Program-made: the position numbers and the translations under genes
The notes under the pieces: generated by a model
The model's database searches: none
Seen by the model: only the letters and a program-made list of their open reading frames with translations
Told to the model about the DNA's origin: nothing
Sequence record: NZ_CP145666.1
Origin: a plasmid
DNA: 64,000 nucleotides
Reading direction: 5' to 3' (one strand)
In this document: piece by piece, positions 33,444-42,740 of the stretch
How the letters are laid out: every line of letters begins with the position of its first letter
How positions within the stretch are numbered: the stretch's first letter is position 1

Positions 33444-34708
33444 TGTTCTGCCTGGTGGATTGCAACTCATTTTACGCCTCCTGCGAGAGAGTCTTTCGGC
33501 CCGATCTGGTGAACAAGCCAATTGTATGCCTTTCGAACAATGATGGCATGGTCGTGGCACGTTCAGCGGAAGCTAAAAAATTAGGTATCCAGAATGGTGA
33601 CGTGTACTTCCAGAAGAAAGCATTCTTTGAAGCTAACGGTGTACATGTTTTCAGTTCTAACTATGCCTTGTACGCGGAGATCTCCCGTAGGGTGTGTGAG
33701 ACATTATTTAAATTCTCCAGTAATACTGAGGTCTACAGTATTGATGAAGTTTTCCTTTCGTTTGAAGGAATGCAGAAAAATTATAATTTTGATGACTATG
33801 GAAGAGAAATAAAGAAAACCGTATTAAAGAGCACCCATATACCCGTGGGGGTGGGCATATCGACAACTAAAACTTTGGCAAAACTAGCAAATAAAGCTGC
33901 AAAAACATGGACTAAAACAGGCGGAGTGGTTGATCTCAGCAGTCCAGAAAGACAACGTAAATTATTGCCATATATTGACGTAAGCGATGTCTGGGGGGTG
34001 GGCCGGAGATATGCCACCAGACTGAACAGCATGGGCATCAGGACTGCTCTCGATCTGGCCAATGCGCCAACATCGCTTATCCGTAACACATTTGGAGTCG
34101 TACTGGAGCGAACGCAGCGCGAATTGAATGGCGAGTCCTGCATAGCCCTGGAAGAGGTGAGGAAGGTTAAGCAGCAGATCATCAGCTCGCGTTCATTCGG
34201 CCAGAAAATAGAGCACTACGAAGCAATGCACCAGGCGGTGTGTGAGTATGCCGAACGTGCAGGCGAGAAGCTGCGCGAAGAGAAGCAATACTGTCGCTGC
34301 ATAACGGTTTTTATTGGCACAAGTTACTATTCGAAAACGGCCCCTTACAGTGGCCAGCAGACAGTCAAGCTGGAAAACCCCACCGCCGATACCCGGGAAA
34401 TCATTGCGGCTGCGGTCGCAGGGCTCCGGCATATCTGGCAGGAGGGATACCGATACCATAAAGCCGGAGTGATGCTATCTGACTTTTATGATAGCGCCAC
34501 CAGCCAGCTCGATTTGTTTGGTGAGAACCGACTCTTTGCCAATGGTGAAGCGTTGATGGGCGTGATGGATAGAATTAACCGGTCAGGTCGGGGGAAATTA
34601 TGGTTTGCGGGCCAGGGCATCGACAAAGACTGGACGATGCGGCGGGAGTTATTGTCACCATCCTATCTCACTAACATTAATGAAATCCCTCGCGTCAGGA
34701 TTGGCTAA
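33440..34708 (+). CDS. umuC: UmuC/MucB-like Y-family DNA polymerase (Pol V catalytic subunit)
   Basis: The 422-aa protein begins [23 protein letters not shown] and contains [11 protein letters not shown]. It overlaps the umuD-like stop. Confidence 0.85.
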   Translation: MMFCLVDCNSFYASCERVFRPDLVNKPIVCLSNNDGMVVARSAEAKKLGIQNGDVYFQKKAFFEANGVHVFSSNYALYAEISRRVCETLFKFSSNTEVYSIDEVFLSFEGMQKNYNFDDYGREIKKTVLKSTHIPVGVGISTTKTLAKLANKAAKTWTKTGGVVDLSSPERQRKLLPYIDVSDVWGVGRRYATRLNSMGIRTALDLANAPTSLIRNTFGVVLERTQRELNGESCIALEEVRKVKQQIISSRSFGQKIEHYEAMHQAVCEYAERAGEKLREEKQYCRCITVFIGTSYYSKTAPYSGQQTVKLENPTADTREIIAAAVAGLRHIWQEGYRYHKAGVMLSDFYDSATSQLDLFGENRLFANGEALMGVMDRINRSGRGKLWFAGQGIDKDWTMRRELLSPSYLTNINEIPRVRIG

Positions 34709-34857
34709 TCAGCAGTGAAAACTTCATTCGTCATCGATAAAATTCGTCTGTAAACAAAACGAACTTGATATACTCGGTTTCGCTTGTTATGAGTATGTAT
34801 GTACATACAGTCCTCCGTGCAGCGGAGGGAGTTTAGAGCCCTTTTTCGGGGATAGAA

Positions 34858-35748
34858 ATGAATATCTCAACAACTTTCCAGACGCTGGAGAGCGAGATCA
34901 CACAACTTCGTGGAGTGCTGGGTTCCCGGCTTCCGCTCAAGGCGAGTGTCTGCGTCCTGCCAGCCGTTGCTGATGGCGAAGAAGATATGGCCATCGAACA
35001 CATCATGCCTGAGCTGAAACAGGGACACGATGCTGTCCATGCTGCCTGCGCGGCATACGCTGACCTGCATATCAGGGATGGCTATTCGCAGAAGTCCGCT
35101 CGGCGCACTACCGGCGTATTATGGTACGACAATACAGATGCGGAATTCTCTCAGCTGGTTACCCGTTTGGTGACATCCATCAACCAGCATAAAGAGAGCA
35201 TTCAACGCCACATCATCGAAAACTACGGTGGTGATCGCCGACCGGAATACATGCGCTTCAACGCGCTGCATAGCGCCTGCCCTGGTGTCATGACCCTGCA
35301 TCTCTATCGGCAGCTGCGTATGTTTGATAATGCTAACGTCAATCTGGTCAGTTTCGGCTGGAGGCAAAAGACGCTTTTTAGCAGGGTTAACAAAATCGAG
35401 TTGCTCCAGAAGATGGGCAAGGACATCGAGGAAGATGAAGATAAATCAGTCAGACTCAACTCGTTGATTAAGGCTATTGCGCGTGTACCGGAAGAAAAGC
35501 TTCGCTTACGCCGTCCGGTTAAAGTGCATCCAGCTGCAAACATCGCGATGGCTGATCCTGAACACCCCGACCAGATACTGCGTCTTTCTGCCGCTTCATC
35601 TATGCCGTTCATTATCATTCAGGATGAGCACGTGAAAATTCGGCCATTGCCAGAGTTCGTGGCCAATGAAGTAAAGCCGAGGAGTAACCGCCTCAAGACA
35701 GATGTGATCGGTATATTCCACGGCGAAAGTATCGAAATGATTCTCTGA
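34858..35748 (+). CDS. Tus-like DNA replication terminus site-binding protein homologue
   Basis: Local matches to E. coli Tus: TTGVLWYDN versus LPGVLCYQVDN, GVMTLHLYRQLRMFDN versus GLITLNAYRTLTVLHD, VSFGWRQK versus LRFGWANK, and LRLRRPVKVHP versus LKIKRPVKVQP. Confidence 0.55.
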   Translation: MNISTTFQTLESEITQLRGVLGSRLPLKASVCVLPAVADGEEDMAIEHIMPELKQGHDAVHAACAAYADLHIRDGYSQKSARRTTGVLWYDNTDAEFSQLVTRLVTSINQHKESIQRHIIENYGGDRRPEYMRFNALHSACPGVMTLHLYRQLRMFDNANVNLVSFGWRQKTLFSRVNKIELLQKMGKDIEEDEDKSVRLNSLIKAIARVPEEKLRLRRPVKVHPAANIAMADPEHPDQILRLSAASSMPFIIIQDEHVKIRPLPEFVANEVKPRSNRLKTDVIGIFHGESIEMIL

Positions 35749-35841
35749 CCACACCGGCCAAAGGACTGGCCGTATTCCCCCCTCATAATTTCGTCACTCG
35801 CCGTCCATGCCATACCCTGAAACTAATATTGAAAATTCATT

Positions 35842-36441
35842 ATGTTCAGCAAGGAATGTGGCGTGAAATACTTTGAATGTGCGCTCAGGTTCAGAATCGC
35901 CCCAGGTGACGTGTATGGGATCCACCAGCAACTGGATAAGGTAGTCCAGGAACGTTCTGGGTCGCGACTCCCATACACCTTCTACTCTCGCAAACAAAGT
36001 GCCTCCGACACCCAGGTTGTTCTGAGAACGGCTGTTGCACTCGGGCTCCCTGGCGAAGTCATGAAGGAAATCATGTTTGTGTCTGGCCAGAAAATTCGAA
36101 TCTGCGGCTCGCTGGCCACTATTCGACGCGAGGAAGCTGGAGGCCGGAAAAGAGAGATTTGTCCACCTGCCCATGAACTCCCGGATTATATCCACTATCA
36201 CCTGGAACGGGCCGGAGTGATCTGTGGACGGTTACGTATCGTTCGAAGCACCAAGTTCCATATTATTAAGCCCGGGAGCGTTGGCCGTACATCCCACAAG
36301 ATCATTGTACCGATGAGCCAGTACGATGCTGAATGCGTGATTGAAGATGTCGGCGCACTTGAACAGGCATACGCTTTCGGGATCGGCAGAAAGCGGATAT
36401 TCGGCTTTGGCTATATGAACAGCATCGAAGTGCTTTCCTGA
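35842..36441 (+). CDS. Cas6e (CasE/Cse3)-like RAMP endoribonuclease homologue, orphan
   Basis: The 199 aa equal the length of E. coli Cas6e. The N-terminal DVYGIHQQL resembles the Cas6e catalytic-His region DLYQLHQGL. The C-terminal glycine-rich loop GIGRKRIFGFG fits the GhGxxxxxGhG signature (GIGPAKSMGCG in Cas6e). Confidence 0.5.
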   Translation: MFSKECGVKYFECALRFRIAPGDVYGIHQQLDKVVQERSGSRLPYTFYSRKQSASDTQVVLRTAVALGLPGEVMKEIMFVSGQKIRICGSLATIRREEAGGRKREICPPAHELPDYIHYHLERAGVICGRLRIVRSTKFHIIKPGSVGRTSHKIIVPMSQYDAECVIEDVGALEQAYAFGIGRKRIFGFGYMNSIEVLS

Positions 36442-36729
36442 ACAGGCCATTAAGCATAGTTATTATCTGAATTTCAAACCGACTCGCAAACTTACGGCAT
36501 TAACACTTCTGATACACCCTTTAAATGCTGTAAACTGTTGTAGCCCTTACTAAATCGTAAGAGTGGGGATTTGCAGCCCCGACTAATGACACGCCGTTCA
36601 TGTACTTGAACGGTTCGCACTCGCTCGCCTGTTTTTTGTCAATGGTGGGTCGGGGCGTGGGAGCCTTACGGCTCGCCAGTCGTCATTAGCTGGTACTGCA
36701 AACCATGTTCCGATTCACCACCAAAGGAA

Positions 36730-36987
36730 ATGGAGATGGAAAAACAGGACTGGCATAAGGCAGACATCATAGCTGCGCTACATAAGAAAGGTTTGTCACT
36801 TGCCTCACTGAGTAGGGCTAACGGTCTTTCAAGCAGCACTCTGGCAAATGCACTGACACGTGACTGGCCTAGAGGCGAGATCATCATCGCTAATGCAATT
36901 GGTGAAGAACCTCAAGAAATATGGCCAACCCGATATTTTGATAAGGCAGGAATGCCGATCAAGAGAATCATAAGAAAACCGGTTTAA
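36730..36987 (+). CDS. Ner/Nlp-family HTH DNA-binding protein
   Basis: The 85-aa protein contains DWHKADIIAALHKKGLSLASLSRANGLSSSTLANALTRDWPRGEIIIANAI, which resembles Mu Ner (DWHRADVIAGLKKRKLSLSALSRQFGYAPTTLANALERHWPKGEQIIANAL). Confidence 0.65.
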   Translation: MEMEKQDWHKADIIAALHKKGLSLASLSRANGLSSSTLANALTRDWPRGEIIIANAIGEEPQEIWPTRYFDKAGMPIKRIIRKPV

Positions 36988-37157
36988 ATGAAAAAGGCTG
37001 GCATTTTTGCTGGCCTTATATACCTCCTGGCTCTGCTACTGAAACCACTAACACCGATCAAATGGTCATCAGCGAAATACCCCGTTCATTTCTATTGACC
37101 TCTTTACCTCCATGTAATCAAATTGATGGAATAATAACGGTTACGAGAGACAAACTG

Positions 37158-37649
37158 ATGACGGTGTTATCTGCCCCTGAAATGCGCTTTGGAACCAAAC
37201 AGGATGTTCCCTTTATCATAGCGGTGATTCGCGACGGTATGCGGGATGGGTATTTTAACTTTGATGATGATGACGGACTGTCTCAGTTCGAAAGTCAGAT
37301 CTCAGAAGCCATTGCCAGGCGGGAACGGGGAGAGAATTGCGCCGATTTCTTGTTTGTCTTTGATGCTCAACATAATGGCGCAGCGATAGGTTTTGCCCTA
37401 CTGACGGGCAAAAATGGTGCAAATGGACTTGCTTCACATCTGGAAATCAGGATGTTTGGTGTTACCAGGAGTCAAAGACAAAAAGGATTTGGGCGCTCCA
37501 TGTTGCAAAGTATTCTGGATGCTACTCCCGGCCATAAAGTGGAGGCATCCTGTCTTCCTGCATCAGTTGTCATGGCCAGGATGCTGACTAATGCGGGTTT
37601 TCACGTCAAAGAGATAAGCCCGTTTGGAAAGCGTACTTTCAGACGCTAA
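37158..37649 (+). CDS. GNAT-family N-acetyltransferase
   Basis: The motif A-like segment IRMFGVTRSQRQKGFGRSMLQSIL is present. Confidence 0.5.
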   Translation: MTVLSAPEMRFGTKQDVPFIIAVIRDGMRDGYFNFDDDDGLSQFESQISEAIARRERGENCADFLFVFDAQHNGAAIGFALLTGKNGANGLASHLEIRMFGVTRSQRQKGFGRSMLQSILDATPGHKVEASCLPASVVMARMLTNAGFHVKEISPFGKRTFRR

Positions 37650-37650
37650 T

Positions 37651-37700
37651 GTAAAATTCAGATAAAAAAACCGGCTGACGAATTCAGTCGGTTTAGTAAT
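37651..37700. terminator. Possible bidirectional terminator between convergent genes
   Basis: The imperfect hairpin CCGGCTGA-CGAAT-TCAGTCGG is flanked by A/T runs. Confidence 0.35.
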
Positions 37701-37734
37701 CCTGCAAAAGGATGCTGGACAGCGACGGACGACT

Positions 37735-38511
37735 TCAGAGCTGTGGCAATGGCCCCTGGTTATCTTCAGTCGCAGCCTGGTCTTTATCCGGGGTGGCCGT
37801 TGCAGTCCGCGAGGCATCAAATGAGACCGTTGGGTCGCTGAGAGTCAGGATGCCAGTGTCTTCAACTTCTCGCGTTGTCAGCGTAAGCTCAGATTTACTG
37901 TCATCACACTTATTCGTTTTCTCCGCCAGTGCCTTGCACCAGATATAACGACCTCTCTGGGCATCAGAGACTGAAGGCTCTCCATATTTCTCGATCGCCG
38001 ACTTCAGTAAGAGATCAGGGTTGCTGAATGAAAAGCGGATTTTGTAAGCCACCGGCTCAATGGGGTCAACTGCCGTATCGGGGATAAAATAGACCACCGT
38101 CTCCTGGTGAGCATCTCCCCAGAAAATACTATTCAATGAGTTGTTACTGTAGCGCTTTTGAATTTCTTCACCAGCAGACTGGCCAAGTTTGTCAGTGATA
38201 GCAGTGATCGCTTCAGAAGCTGTCATCCGCAGGCTTACCGGCCCTATAGAAAAAGACATAACATCAAAGCTATTCAGGGGGGTAATGGTGCTTTCTGGAG
38301 CGGTAGATGAATCGGGTACGTCATCACTGTACAGACTGTCATCCCCCGGAGAAGGCGTTACAGGTGCTGAATTTTGGATGTCAGGTGTGTAGCTGGGATC
38401 GGGAGCGTATAGGCCCATTGTATCATTCTGTACAGCAGAATATACCGAAGCGGTCGGCAGGACGGTAAGGAGCGCAAGGGCGCAGTATCCAAGGTATCTG
38501 GTCATATTCAC
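37735..38511 (-). CDS. Secreted hypothetical protein with a signal peptide and a Pro/Ser/Asp-rich N-terminal region
   Basis: A 258-aa ORF begins with the hydrophobic leader MNMTRYLGYCALALLTVLPTASVYSA. Confidence 0.5.
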   Translation of the reverse strand: MNMTRYLGYCALALLTVLPTASVYSAVQNDTMGLYAPDPSYTPDIQNSAPVTPSPGDDSLYSDDVPDSSTAPESTITPLNSFDVMSFSIGPVSLRMTASEAITAITDKLGQSAGEEIQKRYSNNSLNSIFWGDAHQETVVYFIPDTAVDPIEPVAYKIRFSFSNPDLLLKSAIEKYGEPSVSDAQRGRYIWCKALAEKTNKCDDSKSELTLTTREVEDTGILTLSDPTVSFDASRTATATPDKDQAATEDNQGPLPQL

Positions 38512-38774
38512 CTCGTCAGTAGCAGTTGTCCTACTGTAACAGCGCGAGGTTTGAGAACATCATGGAAATGGGGTCAAAGCGGGGCGAAAAACAAGCCTGA
38601 TTCACATGGCTTACGTAGCAGCATGGAGATCTCCTGAAGTCGGAGAAAATGAGTCAGATAACGCGAATATCGAAAATGGAACGAAGTACTTAATTACCTA
38701 ACAGGAGGTACATGTTAACCTGACGAACATTGCTTACTGCCTATTTGTAGATTCAGGCTACAGGGAGAATCCAA

Positions 38775-39176
38775 GTGCCAAACTGCATACCCCTTAATCC
38801 GGTATTACCTAAAAACTTCGACGATACACCTAATGAAAAGCGCTCAAAGTCTCAGCTTGATGCCTGGTGGGATCATCCATATGGCATTACTTGCCCGGAC
38901 GGGAAAATCACTGTTCGATGCCTGAATGGAGGAGCTTGGGATCGTTCGACAGTGCTGGGAGTAGCGGACAATTACGAAGAAGCCTGCGAGCTCGCAGAGC
39001 GCGAGCAATCAGCATGGGTCAAACGCCGTGCGGAGCCAATATTCTACTATAGCGGTGAAGCTCCATTCAGAGCGATAAGGGATGCACAACGTCCTGATCA
39101 GGAGCAGACCTTTGTCGCGTCTTTTGACACGCAAGATGAGCTAATCAGCTGGCTTAATAGTCAGAAAACCAGTTAA
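38775..39176 (+). CDS. Hypothetical protein
   Basis: A 133-aa ORF with a clean intergenic context. Confidence 0.4.
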   Translation: MPNCIPLNPVLPKNFDDTPNEKRSKSQLDAWWDHPYGITCPDGKITVRCLNGGAWDRSTVLGVADNYEEACELAEREQSAWVKRRAEPIFYYSGEAPFRAIRDAQRPDQEQTFVASFDTQDELISWLNSQKTS

Positions 39177-39361
39177 TACCAAGTCTGGAAGTCTGCTTCT
39201 CAACAGACTTCCACATTTGATTATCAAGCTCCCCATAATTTGGGTTCAGTATAAACATTCCATTACGTTCTATTCCCCTCATTACATTCATCTATCCGTA
39301 AATTTCGTTAGCCAGCACATCGGGGTGATACTGATGTCAGGTAAACAAAACGGATGCAAAA

Positions 39362-39652
39362 ATGCAGACATGTTCGGAAGTCCTGGCGGTTGAAATATTC
39401 AATCAAGTTGGACGTGAGGCAGCTATTGCTCAATATAACTTAATTTGTGAAATAGCCCAGCGACGTTACGAAGACAGCCTGGCCAAATATGGTTCCGTGC
39501 CAGCTGGTTTCACCGCGCTCAATTTCCTCCATCCGGCAGAACTTCAGGAGCGTTACATCCTGGGGTTGGGAATTCAGCTTTGTATCGATGAGCAGCATGA
39601 AGCCAGGGAACGGGTTTTAGCTCGCTGCCTGGCAAGAAAAAGGGCCGCATAA
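39362..39652 (+). CDS. Hypothetical protein
   Basis: A 96-aa ORF. Confidence 0.35.
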   Translation: MQTCSEVLAVEIFNQVGREAAIAQYNLICEIAQRRYEDSLAKYGSVPAGFTALNFLHPAELQERYILGLGIQLCIDEQHEARERVLARCLARKRAA

Positions 39653-39720
39653 ACAGGTGATAAAACAACTCAGCTATAGCTGAACACGCACTAATTGGCT
39701 ATGTTAACAAAACGAACAAG

Positions 39721-39966
39721 GTGGCGATTATGTACAGTGAATCTATCGATCGTGCTATCAGTATCCTCAAGGACGCGGGCGAAAAAATCGGTATGGAACT
39801 GGGTAGTAATGTGACATCTCAGGAATCAGAACTGCTTGAGGATGCGCTGGTGGGCCTGACTAAAGTTAAAGGGCAACTCTGCGGTAATCACTCCTTAACT
39901 GATGTAAAAGCGGACGTCGTGCCTTTTAGTCTCAGTTCGACGAAGAACGTCGATAGCCCGCATTAA
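39721..39966 (+). CDS. Hypothetical protein
   Basis: An 81-aa ORF. Confidence 0.3.
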   Translation: MAIMYSESIDRAISILKDAGEKIGMELGSNVTSQESELLEDALVGLTKVKGQLCGNHSLTDVKADVVPFSLSSTKNVDSPH

Positions 39967-39995
39967 TTAACAACCACCAACTGGACGGAAGGGAT

Positions 39996-40547
39996 ATGAC
40001 TGAAGACAACGCCGGTAGTGTTTCTGGAAAAGCACAGAACGCCCCAAAAGCAAATGCCCACCTGGACAGGCTCTTTGATTTCATTGTGACAGAAATCAAA
40101 GAGCAGGGTGCAGCACCGTCTTACGAGCAGATCTGTTCTTCTCTGGGGTATTCAAAAGGGCTCGTTTCCCGGCGTATCCGGCAGTTGCATGACCAGGGAC
40201 GAATCATTATCGATGGTGAAAGAAAGTCTATGACGCTGCGCGTAGCGAAAGGACAAGGTCATGATGACATTGCCGAACTCCCGGACATGACCAGTGACAG
40301 GAAAGCAATCATCACGTATGTCAAAAAATACATGAACAGAAATGGTGGCCGTGGGCCATCAGTTCACGCAATAGGGAAAGCGCTCGGCTTCTCGAATAAC
40401 AAGGCGCGTAGACATGTGGACTATCTCGACGAAGTAGAGAGGGTACGTTACAGCCCTCATCTTAATGAAGTAATCGTTATCAATCAGGGTGATTACGTTA
40501 AAATTACCCAGGACAACGATGAACCACCGAGCCCGGCAGAAGGTTAG
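39996..40547 (+). CDS. Putative DNA-binding protein with two LexA-N-terminal-like winged-helix repeats
   Basis: Two wHTH-like repeats are present: PSYEQICSSLGYSKGLVSRRIRQLHDQGRIII and PSVHAIGKALGFSNNKARRHVDYLDEVERVRY. Confidence 0.45.
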   Translation: MTEDNAGSVSGKAQNAPKANAHLDRLFDFIVTEIKEQGAAPSYEQICSSLGYSKGLVSRRIRQLHDQGRIIIDGERKSMTLRVAKGQGHDDIAELPDMTSDRKAIITYVKKYMNRNGGRGPSVHAIGKALGFSNNKARRHVDYLDEVERVRYSPHLNEVIVINQGDYVKITQDNDEPPSPAEG

Positions 40548-40549
40548 CC

Positions 40550-40765
40550 ATGATTCGCATATGGAGAGAAGTTGTAAACGTAAAGGTTCAGGACGGGAGC
40601 CGTAACGGACGAATCTGGTTTCTTGAACTTTCGTGTGGCCATCATGCTGTCAGACGTATACCTCGATTACGTCTGCATAATCTGACGCAATTCGAACGAC
40701 TTGAGCCACCAGCTAAATGTCACTGTGTATTGTGTGAAATAGATGCTATTGCAGGACAAAAATAG
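40550..40765 (+). CDS. Small Cys/His-rich (zinc-ribbon-like) hypothetical protein
   Basis: The 71 aa contain CGHH...CHCVLC. The ORF starts 3 bp after the upstream stop. Confidence 0.35.
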   Translation: MIRIWREVVNVKVQDGSRNGRIWFLELSCGHHAVRRIPRLRLHNLTQFERLEPPAKCHCVLCEIDAIAGQK

Positions 40766-40873
40766 CAATAAACACAACATAAAAGCCCTCAATTTGTCCC
40801 CATTGTTTTTAGCCTGACAGCATTGGTACTGATAGCCTAATCATATTTAAACGCATAACCCTATGGTGGACAT

Positions 40874-41278
40874 ATGAAAAAAGCTGTTTTTGGCCTTTTA
40901 GCACTATTGCCCTTCATAACCAGCGCAGAATCGATCGATCCGAACGATTTCTATGCTCAGCAGCCTTCTCAAAACTACCAACAACCTGCTGCCAGCGAGC
41001 AACAGGACGATGCTGACAATTCCAGTGACCAGACAGCTGCGATCGTATTGAACCTGGAAAGTTACAAACCGCTGGGGAATTTTGTAGTCCCCCAGGGAGT
41101 AGAACGCCCATTCATTGGTCTTATTAACAGCAAAATTTTCATACTGTCTGAGCAACCAGATAAACGCTTGGCTGGCCTATGGATAGGTCGTAGTCAGGAT
41201 GGTCGTGAAGCACTTTGTGGTTACCTGAACAACAGTATGCAGGTCAGAAAATGTTATTACATCTTATATCGTGAGTAA
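40874..41278 (+). CDS. Secreted hypothetical protein
   Basis: A 134-aa ORF with the signal peptide MKKAVFGLLALLPFITSA. Confidence 0.45.
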   Translation: MKKAVFGLLALLPFITSAESIDPNDFYAQQPSQNYQQPAASEQQDDADNSSDQTAAIVLNLESYKPLGNFVVPQGVERPFIGLINSKIFILSEQPDKRLAGLWIGRSQDGREALCGYLNNSMQVRKCYYILYRE

Positions 41279-41304
41279 AAAATGGGGCCGTAGCCCCATT
41301 TATT

Positions 41305-42321
41305 TTAATGTTTGAATGAGGGTATAAAGGGTATTACTGGATTTGTTCCTAGCGAAGCTAATTCGTTAGGCGCAAGATAACGTCGCAGTTCAGTAATCAA
41401 TATATCAACTGATTTATCCCAGCCATCTCTCACAATGTTTAGAATGTGCCGAGCTGGATAATGTGTTAGAAAAGGATGGTTGGGGCCAAATTTATTAAGG
41501 TGTTCAATAGTACCTATTGCATCGAGATAATCTGTAACAAGATGGTGTTCTGACTCAAAAATAGCGACAAATTTATAACCATCAGCAGCGTTTACCCACT
41601 GGCAAGTACAGTCATTAAGCTGAAATTGATTAGAACGTTTTTCCCCCTTGGGTTTAGGATTGACTCCAATACCAAAAGACAAATACAAACCTTTCCTTCC
41701 CCAGAAGGCCGGTCTCTTCAAGTCCTGACCATTGTTTCCTTCGACCTCTCCAAGAATGCCAAACAAAGTAGCTGATTCTTGGTTAGGATTCGTTCTCATA
41801 CGGAAAAGAATGCATAGATCTGCAAACTTTAAGCTATTATAAACTGAATTATAAAAGACATTCTCATGGCCAAGTAGATAAGGATTATGCTCTACCGCAA
41901 AATTAGTGCCACTTCTAAAGTCACGGCAGCTAATGAATACACCAAACTGGCTCATATTAGCGAGGATATCGACATTGCGATAATCAGACAAATTAATAAG
42001 TATAGTATTTAAGACTTCTCTACCTTCATAACTCATCAGATAGTGGCAGAGCAAATTTTGTAGACCGAAGTTTCTGAACTGATCTTTAATTAAAGAAAAA
42101 TATCCTTCACCAGCTAATGAAACTAGGTTTCTCATTGTTGGTGTATGTTTCCCCATGAGAGGGGAATTAAAACGTACCTTCATCCGGTTATTATCATAAA
42201 GGGTTTCAATAATTGAGCAAAAGTGCATCGCCCAATACGCGTTGTTATCACCAATTAAACCGGGTTTCACTACAGTAGTTTTAGAAAAATCCATTCTGTC
42301 TCCAAAGCAGTAATCAGTCAC
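41305..42321 (-). CDS. Hypothetical protein
   Basis: A 338-aa ORF with no recognised motif. Confidence 0.45.
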   Translation of the reverse strand: MTDYCFGDRMDFSKTTVVKPGLIGDNNAYWAMHFCSIIETLYDNNRMKVRFNSPLMGKHTPTMRNLVSLAGEGYFSLIKDQFRNFGLQNLLCHYLMSYEGREVLNTILINLSDYRNVDILANMSQFGVFISCRDFRSGTNFAVEHNPYLLGHENVFYNSVYNSLKFADLCILFRMRTNPNQESATLFGILGEVEGNNGQDLKRPAFWGRKGLYLSFGIGVNPKPKGEKRSNQFQLNDCTCQWVNAADGYKFVAIFESEHHLVTDYLDAIGTIEHLNKFGPNHPFLTHYPARHILNIVRDGWDKSVDILITELRRYLAPNELASLGTNPVIPFIPSFKH

Positions 42322-42416
42322 TCATAACACGATATTTGCAGTGAAAGTTATATCTGTAAGCAAATTTCGTCAGCTGTTAGCGTCGTATTAGGCTTAGTAA
42401 AAAGCCGGAGGTAGAT

Positions 42417-42740
42417 ATGCCTAAAGACGATGTTGCAACAATCATAATCCAGAATGGGTTGACGCATAAAGTAAATGTGATCTGCAAATTCAGCGCACAA
42501 ATCGACAATCAAATGTTCTCATTCATCATCCATCGCACATTAAGCGTATGTCGATATGCGCTTGTCTGTAAGGCAACAGGCCAAAGAATTGCAGTTCTTG
42601 ATACCAGTCGAGTAAAGGCACTTGGTATGGAAGCAGCAGGTAAACTAGCGCTATCAGATCTGGCCTCATCATTAGGCGAGACTAGACTTGCTGCGATTCT
42701 GACAAATTCACTTCAGAGCAGGAGCGCGGCAAGTGAGTGA
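42417..42740 (+). CDS. Hypothetical protein
   Basis: A 107-aa ORF that overlaps the next gene's start by 8 bp. Confidence 0.4.
   Translation: MPKDDVATIIIQNGLTHKVNVICKFSAQIDNQMFSFIIHRTLSVCRYALVCKATGQRIAVLDTSRVKALGMEAAGKLALSDLASSLGETRLAAILTNSLQSRSAASE

Noticed and set aside
35749-36730. Search for a CRISPR array next to the Cas6e-like gene
   Set aside because: No direct repeats of 28-37 bp with regular spacers were seen here or elsewhere in the window. Only a single hairpin is present.
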